NCBI RefSeq assembly: GCF_001194135.2
Contig: NC_068982.1
Coordinates: forward strand, 74,694,610-74,758,609
Length of the DNA: 64,000 nt
DNA from: Octopus bimaculoides
Taxonomy: Eukaryota
Direction: 5' to 3'
A program made the position numbers and the translations under genes. Below, in pieces: positions 1 through 11,570 of this stretch. The stretch's first letter is position 1. Each line of letters starts with the position of its first letter. Below the pieces are notes generated by a model that searched no databases, was not told the DNA's origin, and saw nothing but the letters and a program-made list of their open reading frames with translations.

Positions 1-1030
1 AATGTGAAGCTTATTGCAGATTTCCCAACAATACATAAAGTACTGATTGCAATCATCAGCTTCATTTAACATCTATTTTCTATGTTGTCATGAGTTGGAT
101 GGTTTAAGGGGAGCTGGCAAGTCAGTGATACTGCACCAAGCTCCCGTGTCTACTTTGGCATGGTTTCTATGGGTGGATGCTCTTCTTAATGTCAACTACT
201 TTACAGTATACTGGGTGCTTTTTACATAGCACCAGCAGCACTGAAGTTAAACACCAGTGCAATATGTGAGAGTTGTTCTTCACTTTGGGAATATTGTAAG
301 ATCTCCGCTAAGACAGGAATGAGTGATAAAGTAAATGATGATAATAGGATTACACACATAAATTTTTACAATTAGAAGATTATTTGACTGATTTTCAGTA
401 CTAGTTCTGTTAGGTAAAGGTCATTAGGCATTTTTTTTTTCCTTGGTTTCCTTTTATTACTATGGTTTTTGTTGGAGATAAAGTATCTGATAGATGTGCT
501 GTGTAATTGCAAGCATGACTGTATTGTATGGTTAAGAAGCTCATTTTGCAACTACATGGTTTCAGGTTCAGTTTCACTGCACAGCAACTTGGGCTAATCA
601 ATGCCTTGTAAGTGAATTTGATAGCTAAAAACTGTGTAGAAGCAAGTACCAGACTTAAAAAAGCTATATAGGTTATCTCCCTCTGGTATATATAGTTTTT
701 GGACACAGCATGTTTTTAAGAGATTTTATCTCTGATGAAAACTGCAGTATCTTGCCTGTCAACAGTATATATATATATGATACATAGATAGCTGTTTGAA
801 GTTTTGGAATATTTCCTTTGTTATGATTGTGATATTAACAAAAAGAATCTTTTTGATGTGTTATATATTGAATGATGTCGACACAGTACCAAGAATTTAA
901 TTTGACAAGCTTTCACTAAAATGGGTCATGTTGACATTCTCAATTTGTAATAGTATTTGCTTTTCAGCATAAGTTCTCTAAGCCTTCATCTCATGATATA
1001 TAAACCAAAACTGAAATAATCTCAGCGTAA

Positions 1031-1205
1031 CCCTTTTGATACCAATCTGCCTGAGACCACCCTTGATTCTATTATGCAAATTTCATGTTAAATTATGATC
1101 CAAACACAGCTTAGTAACAGCAAGGTTATTTTATATTATAGTCTTCCCTTATTTTCACAATTAATTGAAATAGTGTTTTTCAACAGAAATATGCTAACAA
1201 AACGG
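1031..1205. mobile_element. piggyBac-type TTAA MITE (family P1)
   Basis: CCCTTTTGATACC...GCTAACAAAACGG termini flanked by gTAA/TTAA; AT-rich body shared with other copies. Confidence 0.75.
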
Positions 1206-1802
1206 TTAATTGGTTTTAAGATTTCTTGGTAAGATACAATTCTGTATTGTCTTACATAGTACCTATAATTATCTCACTACCTGTAGTAGTAGAGTTTGCT
1301 ATTTGTATTCTTCCTTTGAATGATCTAGAAAACTAACATGAATACGTGAAAAATGAATTATTAATCTTTTATTGATTTTTATCTGTTACAGAATACGATT
1401 TAACAAATGAAATGATAGTGGTTTTACTGTAGATATAATATAAAGACCTTGGAGAAGTAGAACACTGAACTGAGTACATTAGTCTTGTCTTTTTATCTTC
1501 TGAATTAAAACCTAACCTGAGTAGATTTTTAGCCTCTCATCTTATATGTACAGTTTAAAATATCAAGGTTAATTCAGTGACTGTATCCCACTCCCACCCA
1601 TTTCAGTATAATGTTATGTGCACTGAAAATAAGATATAAATTTATGGTTAGAAGGAGAAATTATATAATGTTCCATCCCATTTTGACACAATCTTTGAAA
1701 AAAAACACCAACATTTAATAGCTTTGTTTTCCCCCTCCCTTGAAATTATTTAGAATACCATAAATTCATTGTGTAATACATTACTTAGCTAGGATATGTG
1801 CA

Positions 1803-1950
1803 GACATGGCTATGTGGTTGAGAAGTTTGCTTCCCAATCTTGTGGATTCCAGTTCAATCCTACTGCATGGCACCTTGAGTAAGTGTCTTCTACAATACCC
1901 TTGTGAGAGAATTTTGTTGATTGATGCTGAAAGAAGCTAATCACATTATA
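1803..1950 (+). mobile_element. tRNA-headed SINE head (A/B type), running into a gap
   Basis: atggctatgtggtt...gttcaatcc...caccttgagtaagtgtcttctac. Confidence 0.7.
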
Positions 1951-1951
1951 T

Positions 1952-2311
1952 NNNNNNNNNNNNNNNNNNNNNNNNNNNNNNNNNNNNNNNNNNNNNNNNN
2001 NNNNNNNNNNNNNNNNNNNNNNNNNNNNNNNNNNNNNNNNNNNNNNNNNNNNNNNNNNNNNNNNNNNNNNNNNNNNNNNNNNNNNNNNNNNNNNNNNNNN
2101 NNNNNNNNNNNNNNNNNNNNNNNNNNNNNNNNNNNNNNNNNNNNNNNNNNNNNNNNNNNNNNNNNNNNNNNNNNNNNNNNNNNNNNNNNNNNNNNNNNNN
2201 NNNNNNNNNNNNNNNNNNNNNNNNNNNNNNNNNNNNNNNNNNNNNNNNNNNNNNNNNNNNNNNNNNNNNNNNNNNNNNNNNNNNNNNNNNNNNNNNNNNN
2301 NNNNNNNNNNN
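1952..2311. other. Assembly gap (others at 10090-10143, 14268-14635, 19203-19555, 45030-45039, 47879-47888, 55996-56086)
   Basis: Runs of N, mostly beside microsatellites. Confidence 0.99.
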
Positions 2312-2406
2312 NTAATACTTATTCTATCGATCTCTTTTGCTGAACTGCTGATTTACAAGGACGTAAGCACACCGTGTTGTCAAGCGGCAGTTGGGAGACA
2401 AACACA

Positions 2407-2441
<35 letters not shown>

Positions 2442-2594
2442 TTCAGTTTCTGTCTACCAAATCCACTCACATGGCTTTGGTTGACCCGAGGCTATAGTAG
2501 AAGACACTTGCCCAAGGTGTCACGCAGTGGGACTGAACCCAGAACCATGTGGTGGAGAAGCAAGCTTCTTATTACACAGCCACTCCTGTGCCTG
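2312..2594 (-). mobile_element. SINE type A (shared head + type A body)
   Basis: Reverse complement of the head module, an internal (TA)n and the type A body. Confidence 0.8.
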
Positions 2595-2639
2595 TATATT
2601 AACCAAAATTATATTAAAATATCTTGGAATACTAAACAG

Positions 2640-3371
2640 TAAATTTATTCAATAAAATTGCCATTGGCTTCAACCATGGCCTCCAGATGACTTTGGAATC
2701 TCATGCAACTCTTCTGGGCAGTTTCCTTGTTTAAGTTAATGAATGCTGCATAACCCTTGCCTTCAGTTCATCTTTGGTTACAAGGAGTTTTGTTGGTCTC
2801 TCACTTTAACTGCGCCCCACACATAATAATCAAAGGGGGTTGCAGTCTGGGGAGTTAGGAGTGATGTGTTCACACAAATTGTCTGACAAACATGACTGGG
2901 TTCTGCTGCTTGTGTGGTATGGTGCAGAGTCCTGTTGCCTGACATAGGGTCTCCCAGCAGCCACCCTCTTGACCCAGGGCAGCACTACCTCCTCCAGGCA
3001 CTGTATGAGGCCGTGCGGGAAAATGAATGACGGTATAACGTCGCCATCACTAGTGATCACTCCAAACACCATGATGTTGACCGGGTGTTTGATTTCTATC
3101 ACTCTCGGTACATGTTTTGGGGATACTGCAAGCCAACGGTTGTTCTCTGTATTCACCATCTGTTCATATTGAGGCTTCTGGCAAGGATGTCAAGTAGTAC
3201 AGCATGCCATTGCCAAATTTCTGGTAGAGTGAATTGTGTCATGGTGCTGTTTTTCTCATAGACAGTGCCCAACTGACCCTACTATACTGTGTAGTCAACA
3301 AAATCAAAAACAAACTGCACATGCACAAAATTAAATATATGAAATGGCGACAATTTACCCATCGCACCCTG
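2640..3371 (-). mobile_element. Tc1/mariner-superfamily maT (DD37D-like) transposon remnant, internally deleted
   Basis: Minus-strand translation NNRWLAVSPKHVP...QQDSAPYHTS...NSPDCNPL, then (frameshift) DYYVWGAV...LEAMVEANGNFIE*. A TA|CAGGGTG terminus lies at 3371-3373. Confidence 0.85.
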
Positions 3372-3480
3372 TATATCTTTTCAATAATTGTCTTGGATTA
3401 CATGACATGATAGTAATATTGCAACCCCCATTTGTGAGGTGGTGCTAATTGTTTTAATCTTTTTTACTATTGGCAATTTA

Positions 3481-3815
3481 GACAAGTGTCTTCTACATTA
3501 GTGCCAGGCTGCCCAAAGCCTCGTGAGTGGATTTGATTGAAAGTAGCCAGTCATATATATATATTTATATGTATTATATTTATGTGTGATCATGTCTTCT
3601 CATCTAGACATCATGTGCTAGTTGTAAACAAATGCCATTGTCATACTTGCAGTGTAGTCCATTTGCAATCTTCTGTCCAACCACTGTGTTGTTCATGTTC
3701 AAAGAACTAGAAAAATTATTACCTTGCTTAGAGGGTTGGTAACAGATCATTTACCTCAACAAGTTTCATCTGACCTATGCAAGCATGGAAAAGTGAGCAT
3801 TAAAACGATGATGAG
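3481..3815 (+). mobile_element. SINE type B, 5'-truncated
   Basis: Head remnant, (TA)n and type B body ending gcatggaaaagtgagcattaaaacgatgatga. Confidence 0.7.
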
Positions 3816-3957
3816 GATATTGTTAGTAGGGCTTATAAAGGAGGTGGGATTTTTACTTTGATATGAAATTAGATGTTAGCTCTGAGAAATGGCTATGATT
3901 TATATTAAACAACATTTGTGAATGGTGGAGTTAAATATTTATATATTTGTGTGTATG

Positions 3958-4002
<45 letters not shown>

Positions 4003-4004
<2 letters not shown>

Positions 4005-4410
4005 GTGTAGCTGTGTGGTTAAGCGGTTTGCTTCCCAGCCACATGGTTTCAGGTTTCAGTTCCAATGTGCAGCACTCCTTAAGCAAGTGTCTTCTACTAT
4101 AGCATTGGGAGTGGATTTGGTAGACAGGAACTGAAAGATGCCCATTGTGTATGTGTGTATGTCTGTTTGTCTCCTTTTGTCTTGACATTGTGTGACTGTT
4201 GTAAATGTATGTCACTGTCATACAAGCACTGCCATTCATTTCCAGTATTCTGTAAGAATATGTCTGATTATGAGGAAATATCATCTTACTTGCAAACAGG
4301 TCAAGGTTGACAATAGAAACAGCATCTGGCTATAGAAAATATGCCTCAATAAACTTTATCTGACCCATGCAAGCTTTGAAAAGTGGACATTAAAACAATG
4401 GTAGTGATGT
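4003..4410 (+). mobile_element. SINE type B, near full length
   Basis: A/B-box-like head, internal GT tract, type B body and (GAT)-like tail. Confidence 0.85.
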
Positions 4411-4568
4411 TTGCTTTTCTTTCTTTTTCTAATTTTTAGTTTATTATTATCAGGAGGCGACACACTGGTGCAGCGAGATATGGTTGGTTGTGTTAGAGAT
4501 TCTAATTCATAAATAACATTAACTTGGTGAATAGTTCAACATGCTCATTTACCAGCCCCTACACACAT

Positions 4569-4569
<1 letters not shown>

Positions 4570-4639
<70 letters not shown>
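4570..4639. repeat. (CA)n microsatellite
   Basis: Seen directly. Confidence 0.98.
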
Positions 4640-4643
<4 letters not shown>

Positions 4644-5066
4644 CCTTAGAATTGCATTCTTTTAAAAACTGTTATATAGCAATACTGCTTTGTTAAATCT
4701 GGAATTTAATACTTGCCAAATGGCCTTATCTGGGTCGTGTTAACTAGTTGTCTCATCCCCTGATGGCAAGGTAAATACTATGGTTGGATGAATTGAGTAA
4801 TGCAGATGGATTGCTTGCAAAATTAATTAAATAAGATTTATTTCAAAGTTTTCTTCTGGTGTGTGTGCATGCTTTTATTTATTTAATTTTTACCATTTGT
4901 AGAATTGTTGACATTCTTTGTGATAAGATAGAGATCTTAATGCTTCCATCCATTACCATTTACTGGATATTGTTTGACAATAAATCACACCAACTCTAGC
5001 ATGTCACTTTTTTTTTAAAAGTGATATTGGTTTCAATATTCCATGATGCAGGTATATTTATAATAA

Positions 5067-5462
5067 TCATCATCGTCATCATTGTTCAGTGTTTGCTTTT
5101 TCCACACTTCCATTGGTGAAATAGAATTTGTTGAGGCAGATTTTCAATGGCCAGATGCTCTTCCTGTCACCAACCCTCACCTATTTCCAGATATGGTAAT
5201 ATTACCCCATGGTAAACTGGAAACCAACAACATTGCTTGTATGACAATGATGCTCATTTACAATGTCATCGCATGATGTCAAAACAGTAAAACGCAACAC
5301 ACGTACATAGGTGCAGTAGGCTTCTTTCAGTTTCCGCCTACTAAATCCACTCACAAGCCTTCAGTTGGTCTCAGGGTATAGTCAAAGGCACTTGCCCAAG
5401 TTGCCATGCAATGGAATTAACCCCAAGACCACATGGTTGGTAAGCAAACTCCTTAGCTACAC
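5067..5462 (-). mobile_element. SINE type B
   Basis: Reverse complement of the 4003-4410 family, starting with the (CAT)n tail. Confidence 0.85.
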
Positions 5463-6424
5463 TGGTGCCTTGGTATCTTTAGCATCTTTAATTTTTAGGT
5501 CCATTGTTTTGTAACAAATATTTCAGTAAATGTTATTTTTCTTCCAAATTTAATTTTATGAACATGTGTAGTTCATTGTGATGATATTGTTAGACTTCAT
5601 AAATAATTTCATTGTTCAGTTCACAATGCACTTCTGTTGTCTATACTGCTCTTCTCTGGCAGGAATTGCTAGACAATAGACAGTTTCCAAAGTGGAGTTT
5701 GATTTGTTTCGCCTCTCCCACCCTCTCTCTCTCTCTCTCTCTCTCCCTCTCTTCCCTAGCACAATTCAATAGTTGGTGCTTATTGATATGACTCAAACAA
5801 AAGTATTGGATGTTGATGTTGAGGTGGTTCAAGTTTTTTCTTTCTTTCTCCACTAAAAAATTCTCAAGACATTGACAAGTTCACTGTTCGTTACATAAGA
5901 ATAGGCACAACACTTCTGATATTCTGTAGGTAATGTATTGGAATAATGTGATGTTCCTAACATGCAAAGCAGATTGACTGTGATCTAACAGTTATGAACA
6001 ATTAAATTTGCTGTGATTTTTTTTTTCTCCCAAAGTTAGCTAATTTCATATTTAACCTGTATTACTCAACAGCTTAAGGAGAGATCAGTGAATCCTATTG
6101 AACTTGATCCTTATTCCAAGCAACTGAAAGGACTGAAGTTTTCAGAATGACTAAATATGTATGGTTATGCTTTGGTCTGCATATTAATTGAATATAGAAT
6201 TAATACTGGAGGTATAGGAAACTTGTTTGTAACGAAGCAGTTGTGTTTGATACAGGCCTGGCTCTGTGATTAAGAAGTTTGCTTCTCGACCACATAGCGT
6301 TGGACTCAGTCCTGCAGCACAGCACCTTGGACAAAATGTACTATAGTAAAATTAGACAAGTTCCAATTTTTGACTTGTAGACTATATTGCTTCAACAAAG
6401 AAATAGTTTGTTTTGAGGATTTTA

Positions 6425-6808
6425 TGCATAAGCACAGACATGATTATGAACGCTCACTTTGCAGCCACTTAGTTTCAAGTTCAGTCCCACTGCATGCACC
6501 TTGGGCAAGTGTCTTCTACTATAGCTTCTGGTCAATCTATCCCTTGTGACTGAAGTTGGTAGGCAGAAACTGTGAGGAAGCCTGTTGTGTATGTATGTGT
6601 CTTTGTGTTTGTTAACTCCCACTACTTGACAAATGGTATTGGTTTACTTACATTTCTATAACTTTGCAGTTTAGCAAAAGAGATCGATAGAATAGGTACC
6701 AGGATTTTTTTAAAATAAGTACTGGGGTTGATTTGTTTGTCTAAACCCTTCAAGACAGTGCCCCAGCATGGCCATAGTTCAATGACTAAAACAAGTAAAA
6801 GATAAAAC
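6425..6808 (+). mobile_element. SINE type A, near full length
   Basis: Shared head, then type A body ending ccccagcatggcc...gactaaaacaagtaaaagataaaa. Confidence 0.85.
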
Positions 6809-7049
6809 ATATTTTCCAGTAAAGCAAGAATTACGCGTTATTGTTGAACTTGCAGCTTCTCAACTTTCTTTTATTCAAGTTAAAATTAATGTCTATTCAA
6901 TCATTTCTTTTTTTTTATGTTGATCATAGCTTTTTCTAGTTTGACATTTGTTCTGATGTTATCAAAGATTTCTACACAAATGTAGTTTTCCATGGCAAAT
7001 TCAAAAATAATATGTTTTGGAAAAAATAAAAATAATAATGAGTCTTTAA

Positions 7050-7407
7050 CCCTTCTGTTATCATATTCTTTTTGAAATTCATTGCCTTGTTTCATTTAAT
7101 TTCGAAAAATAACAAAGAATTTAGTCAAAAGAATCTTGCCATTATTTAGCTGGTGTTTTGGAATATAAATTAACATGAAATTTTGATGTTTTAGTTTAGC
7201 TCACTTCAACTCTTTTGTTGAAATACACTTTGTTTTTCAATTAATTCTGAAAATAATGACAAACTTAGTAAAATATCTATGTCATTTGATAGGCTGGTGT
7301 TTTAGAACATAAATTAACATGAAACTTGATAGGTTTTAAATTTAGTATACTTTAAAATAAAGATCAAAGAACCAGGGGCAATCTCAGATGGGTTGGTTTC
7401 AAAAGGG
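7050..7407. mobile_element. piggyBac-type MITE P1 with internal duplication
   Basis: TTAA|CCCTTCTGTTATC...TTTCAAAAGGG|TCAA; the ctggtgttt...aaattaacatgaaa segment is present twice. Confidence 0.75.
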
Positions 7408-7748
7408 TCAAACAGAAATTTTTTTTTGTATCTTCAGCCATTTAAATTTATTTATTCTTGACATCCCATCCAGCAGACAATCACAATTGTTAGTGCCATA
7501 GCAACCTATTGAAACTATCATAGGATTAGGGTTTAGGGTGACTTTCCTTTGTTTTTATTTTTTTTTAAATGCTGATTTTTAGACTACTGAAAGATCTCCA
7601 AACGAAAGATGTTTAAATAAGCAAAATGAGAATCAAGACATTTTTGCTTATTGCTATAATTAAAGATACTATGAGTATACTAAAATATGTAAATAGTGTT
7701 TGATTCTCATTTATCCTAGACCACTCAGAATTATACAAACTCTCACAT

Positions 7749-7751
<3 letters not shown>

Positions 7752-7828
<77 letters not shown>
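7752..7828. repeat. (TA)n microsatellite
   Basis: Seen directly. Confidence 0.98.
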
Positions 7829-7831
<3 letters not shown>

Positions 7832-7978
7832 CAAAAATGGGGCAAGAATGCAAAACATCCAGACAGCTAGGTGATACAAAAAAGGGACAACAAAACATTC
7901 AGACAGACGATACAAAGAAAACAAGGACGGGTCATTCGGAGTTTTCTTTCCTCAGTCGAGTTCCAGATTATCTTTGCA
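7829..7978 (-). mobile_element. CpG-retaining retroelement terminal fragment, possibly Penelope-like
   Basis: Abuts (TA)n and keeps CpGs, unlike its flanks. The minus strand has ctgagga...ccgaa followed by a T-rich end. Family assignment is inference. Confidence 0.35.
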
Positions 7979-8550
7979 GCAGCCATGCTATAGCATCACC
8001 TTGAATTTTAGTCAAATGAATCTACTTATTCTTTTTGCTAAGCCTGATACTTATTCTTTCAGTTTCTTTTGCCAAACCAATAAGTTACAGGAATGTAAAC
8101 ACACCAACACCAGTAGTCAGGCAGTGATGCAAGACAAAAACACATACAAGTGGCATGTGTGTGTGTATATATATATATCTGTAAAAATATGTGACACTTA
8201 TTCGGTAGCCATGATAAAACTCCGAGTTTCGGATGCCGGGGTGGGAGCCCACGCCAACATCTCTCAGTTATCCAGCCATTGAAAATTCCTGCATATATCC
8301 AGATCCAGCCAAAAGATACCATCTCAAAAGACAATAGGTCTTGGCAAAGCTCTCCAGCTTGCCAGCCCTTGTCAAACCATCCAGCGCATGCCGGTATGCA
8401 AAATAGACATTAAATGATTATATATATATATGATGGATGTATGTACAACAGGCTTCTTACAGTCTCTATCTACCAAATCTACTAGGAAGGCTTTGGTTTT
8501 GGCCCAAGGCATCATTCTAAGGTTGTGCTTGTCTGATGCAACTGAATCTG
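7979..8550 (-). mobile_element. SINE type A split by insertions in its internal microsatellite
   Basis: Type A body at 7979-8160 and head module at about 8440-8550, separated by unrelated sequence. Confidence 0.65.
8208..8276 (-). ncRNA. Type I hammerhead-ribozyme-like motif with variant core, inside an ~160-bp CpG-rich insertion (about 8179-8340)
   Basis: Minus strand reads GCUGGAUAA-CUGAGA-GAUGUUGGCGUGG(GCUC)CCACCCCGGCAUC-C-GAAA-CUCGGAG-UU-UUAUCAUGGC. Stem I is GAUAA/UUAUC plus an extension, stem II is about 12 bp, stem III is the near-palindrome ACUC-G-GAGU, and the triplet is GUU. The CUGANGA box is one nt short or long. Confidence 0.6.
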
Positions 8551-8679
8551 GAGCAACAACATGATAGATGAGTCATTTCATAGCACATAGTGGAATTATG
8601 TCAGTGATCAAGTCACAGCTGTGTAATGAAAATTTTGATACTGCATGAAAATAATTGAAGTGAATTTAACAGCTCTTTA

Positions 8680-9232
8680 GGTCAGGTCACTCTTGAGTGC
8701 TACTGTCGCATAGTCAGCTCGTTGGCTACTATACTGGCAACCCCATCAGGCTTGCTTGATGAGGACGGTTATTGTTGGACACCCTGCGGGACAAAAAATA
8801 AGACCCATCAAAGGGTGGAAGAACTACTGTGTAGTCAGCGGCCAATTCAACAAGTACCTTGTCACGGTGAAGTACCTCCATTGAGAGTTATGATGGAGGG
8901 AAAGAAATTTTCAGGTAGGTCTTACCAGGCCAGACAGGTCGAAGGGTAGGAGTGACAAAACCTTAACGATGATAAATCAAAGCGTAGGCAGCAGGGAATG
9001 GATTTAGTTATCAGCAGGACCTAACAGATCAGATTCCTGGTTTTGAACTAGCAAGATGTCATGCAGAGGATCTTGAATACAAGACAATGGATGAGACCCT
9101 AATATTCCTAGTTAGAAGGAAACTGGGACCACATGGAGCAGTACCCTGTGACTCCTGTAGTACATGCAACCGAAACCCCTATTGGGGCATCCTATGGGAC
9201 AACCTAGATGTGATGGAAGAGATCAACAGCTC
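8680..9232 (+). mobile_element. Possible LINE (RTE-like) 5' fragment
   Basis: More GC-rich than its flanks and CpG-containing. ggcaacccc and caggccagacaggtcgaagggtaggag resemble RTE 5' regions from memory. There is no ORF support. Confidence 0.3.
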
Positions 9233-9640
9233 TTCCACAATTATGTGGTTAAGAAGTTTGCTTCCCAACCACATGGTTTCAGGTTCAGTTCCTCTGTGTA
9301 GCCTCCTGGTCAAGTGTCTTTTACTGTAGCCCCAGGTTGACCAAAGCCTTGTGTGAGCATTTAGTAGACTGAAACTGAAAGAATCCGTAAAATGATCATG
9401 ATGTATGTGTATGTTTGTGCCTCCTTGCCTTGACATTGCATGGTAGTTGTAAATGATTGTCACTGTCATACAAGCAGTGTCATTCATTTTCAATATTCTG
9501 TAAGAGCATGCATGGTCATGGAGAAATATAACCTTTCCTTGAAAACGGGTGAGAATTGGTGATAGGAAGGGCATCTGACCATAGAAAATCTACCTCAATA
9601 AATTCCATCTGCTTATATGACAGTGACTCTCATTTACAAC
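9233..9640 (+). mobile_element. SINE type B
   Basis: Head plus type B body. Confidence 0.8.
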
Positions 9641-9845
9641 TCATGCAATATCAAGACAAAGAGACACATCTGCATACATATAAACACAACAAGCTTCCTT
9701 CAATTTTCATCTGCCTTATCCAATACACTAGACTTTGGTTGGCCTGAGCTGAAGAAGACACTTTTAGGTACCACATGGTGGAATTGAACCCGGAACAATG
9801 TGGTTGAGAAACAAACTTCTTAACCATACAGCCACATCCGTATAC
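9620..9845 (-). mobile_element. SINE type B, partial, inverted against the previous copy
   Basis: Reverse complement of the head and the start of the body. Confidence 0.75.
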
Positions 9846-10043
9846 TTGCATGAACATACATATATGCATATACACTTAACTGACAAAGGTGTGTTCTGCT
9901 ATTGTACCATACACCTTATTGTTTCTATAGAAACTAACCACCTCATCCATATTCCTTTGTATCTTTCTATTGCACTTTGTCTGATTAGGTCTTCCGCAAC
10001 TATATAAGTGAAAGAAATCTTAGAACTTGCAGACACACACACA

Positions 10044-10089
<46 letters not shown>

Positions 10090-11354
10090 NNNNNNNNNNN
10101 NNNNNNNNNNNNNNNNNNNNNNNNNNNNNNNNNNNNNNNNNNNCCCTCTCTCTCTCTCTCTCTCTCTCATGACCCAGAAATGGTTAACATTCTTTAGAAA
10201 TATAATAATGGAATGTTGCCAGATGTAAAGCTAATATGGTAACTTTGGTTTTTGTTGTTATTTTATCTTCAGCTTTCTTGATGTAACTTAAATTTTATAT
10301 CTTGTCTTCTATAGACTCTCCACACACACACACACACACACACATTTTTCTCTCTCATTTGCATATACACATTTATACAATCACACTTACTGAGCAGATA
10401 CCTTTTCTACAAAATAACTGGGGTTTTTTTTTTTTTTTCTATAACCTGGATATCATCTCAAAATGATTGAAATTTTTGGTAATGGATGTAATTATGTTCT
10501 TAATTTTGTTCCTGAACTGACAACAGTAGTACATAGTAGTGAGTCAGTGAGATGACTTATAATACTTAAAATATCATTGATTGCTATCATTTGTTTCTTG
10601 ATATCACTCAGTTCTGGAGTAGTGATTCATACTTTCTCCAGTGAATAGGAGCTGATCTTACCACTAGAACTAAACAATAACAAACACTACACATCTGTTT
10701 CCAGCTAACTTAACAATCCACTTCAAACTCATTCTCTTCTTTGTGTTTTGTCTTACCTGTTAGGGTATGTTGGGTAAAAGTTAAATCAATGACTAAAGAA
10801 TTAAGACACACAAGTTTACCACTTGGCAAAAACAGTTTTTTGCTTAATGTTTAGTTATTGACTGATTACATTCTTTCTTTATTTTATTTTATTTCTTCAA
10901 CTTAAATCTTTAATCTAAAACAGTTGTGACCTCATTCTTTCCTGGCAGTTCAGAAAATAGAGAAATTAGAAAGTTTACATTTTTATAAAGAGCACCTTCC
11001 ATAGTCGATAAGTCTTACGCACACTCAACATAATACCTGCAGTCAAGCAATGTTGAGGTAGAAGTGTCTACCACTGTTGTACACTTGCATCTTTGTCCTG
11101 CCTTCTCAGCATATTGAATGTGGGTTTCTTCATAAGATTTGACTCCTATTCACTTATCTATATTGTAAAAGTGGAAAGTTAGGTGTTGTGTCTAATGGCA
11201 CTCAGCACAGTGGCTAGCAATGTTAAATCCTCGAGCTAAATCTTGGAAACCTTTGTATTTTATTCAGTCAAATGAAGCTATGTTTGATTAATACAATTTC
11301 TTTAAATAGTCTGCCATTTTTCTGGTATAAATATTTTCTCTCTCTTCTTTTTGT

Positions 11355-11570
11355 GAGAAAATAGCAGAATGTTAGCGCATCAGACAAAATACTTTGTGAC
11401 ATTTCTTCCAGCTCTTTACATTTTGAGTTCAAATTCTGCCAAGGTTATCTTTGCCTTTCATCCTTTCACATCAATAAAATAAGTACCAGTTAAACACTGG
11501 GGTTAATACAATCAACTTACCTTCTCCTTTCAAACTTGCTGGCCTTATACCAAAATTAGAAAGAAATATC
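11355..11570 (+). mobile_element. SINE type C (tRNA-headed, ~200 bp), CpG-eroded
   Basis: gcagaatgttagc...gagttcaaattctgcc...aagtaccagttaaacactgg; one CpG by eye. Confidence 0.8.

Noticed and set aside
7925-7965. Second hammerhead candidate (minus CTGAGGA...CCGAAT)
   Set aside because: The GAAA box is broken, and stems I and III do not pair in register.
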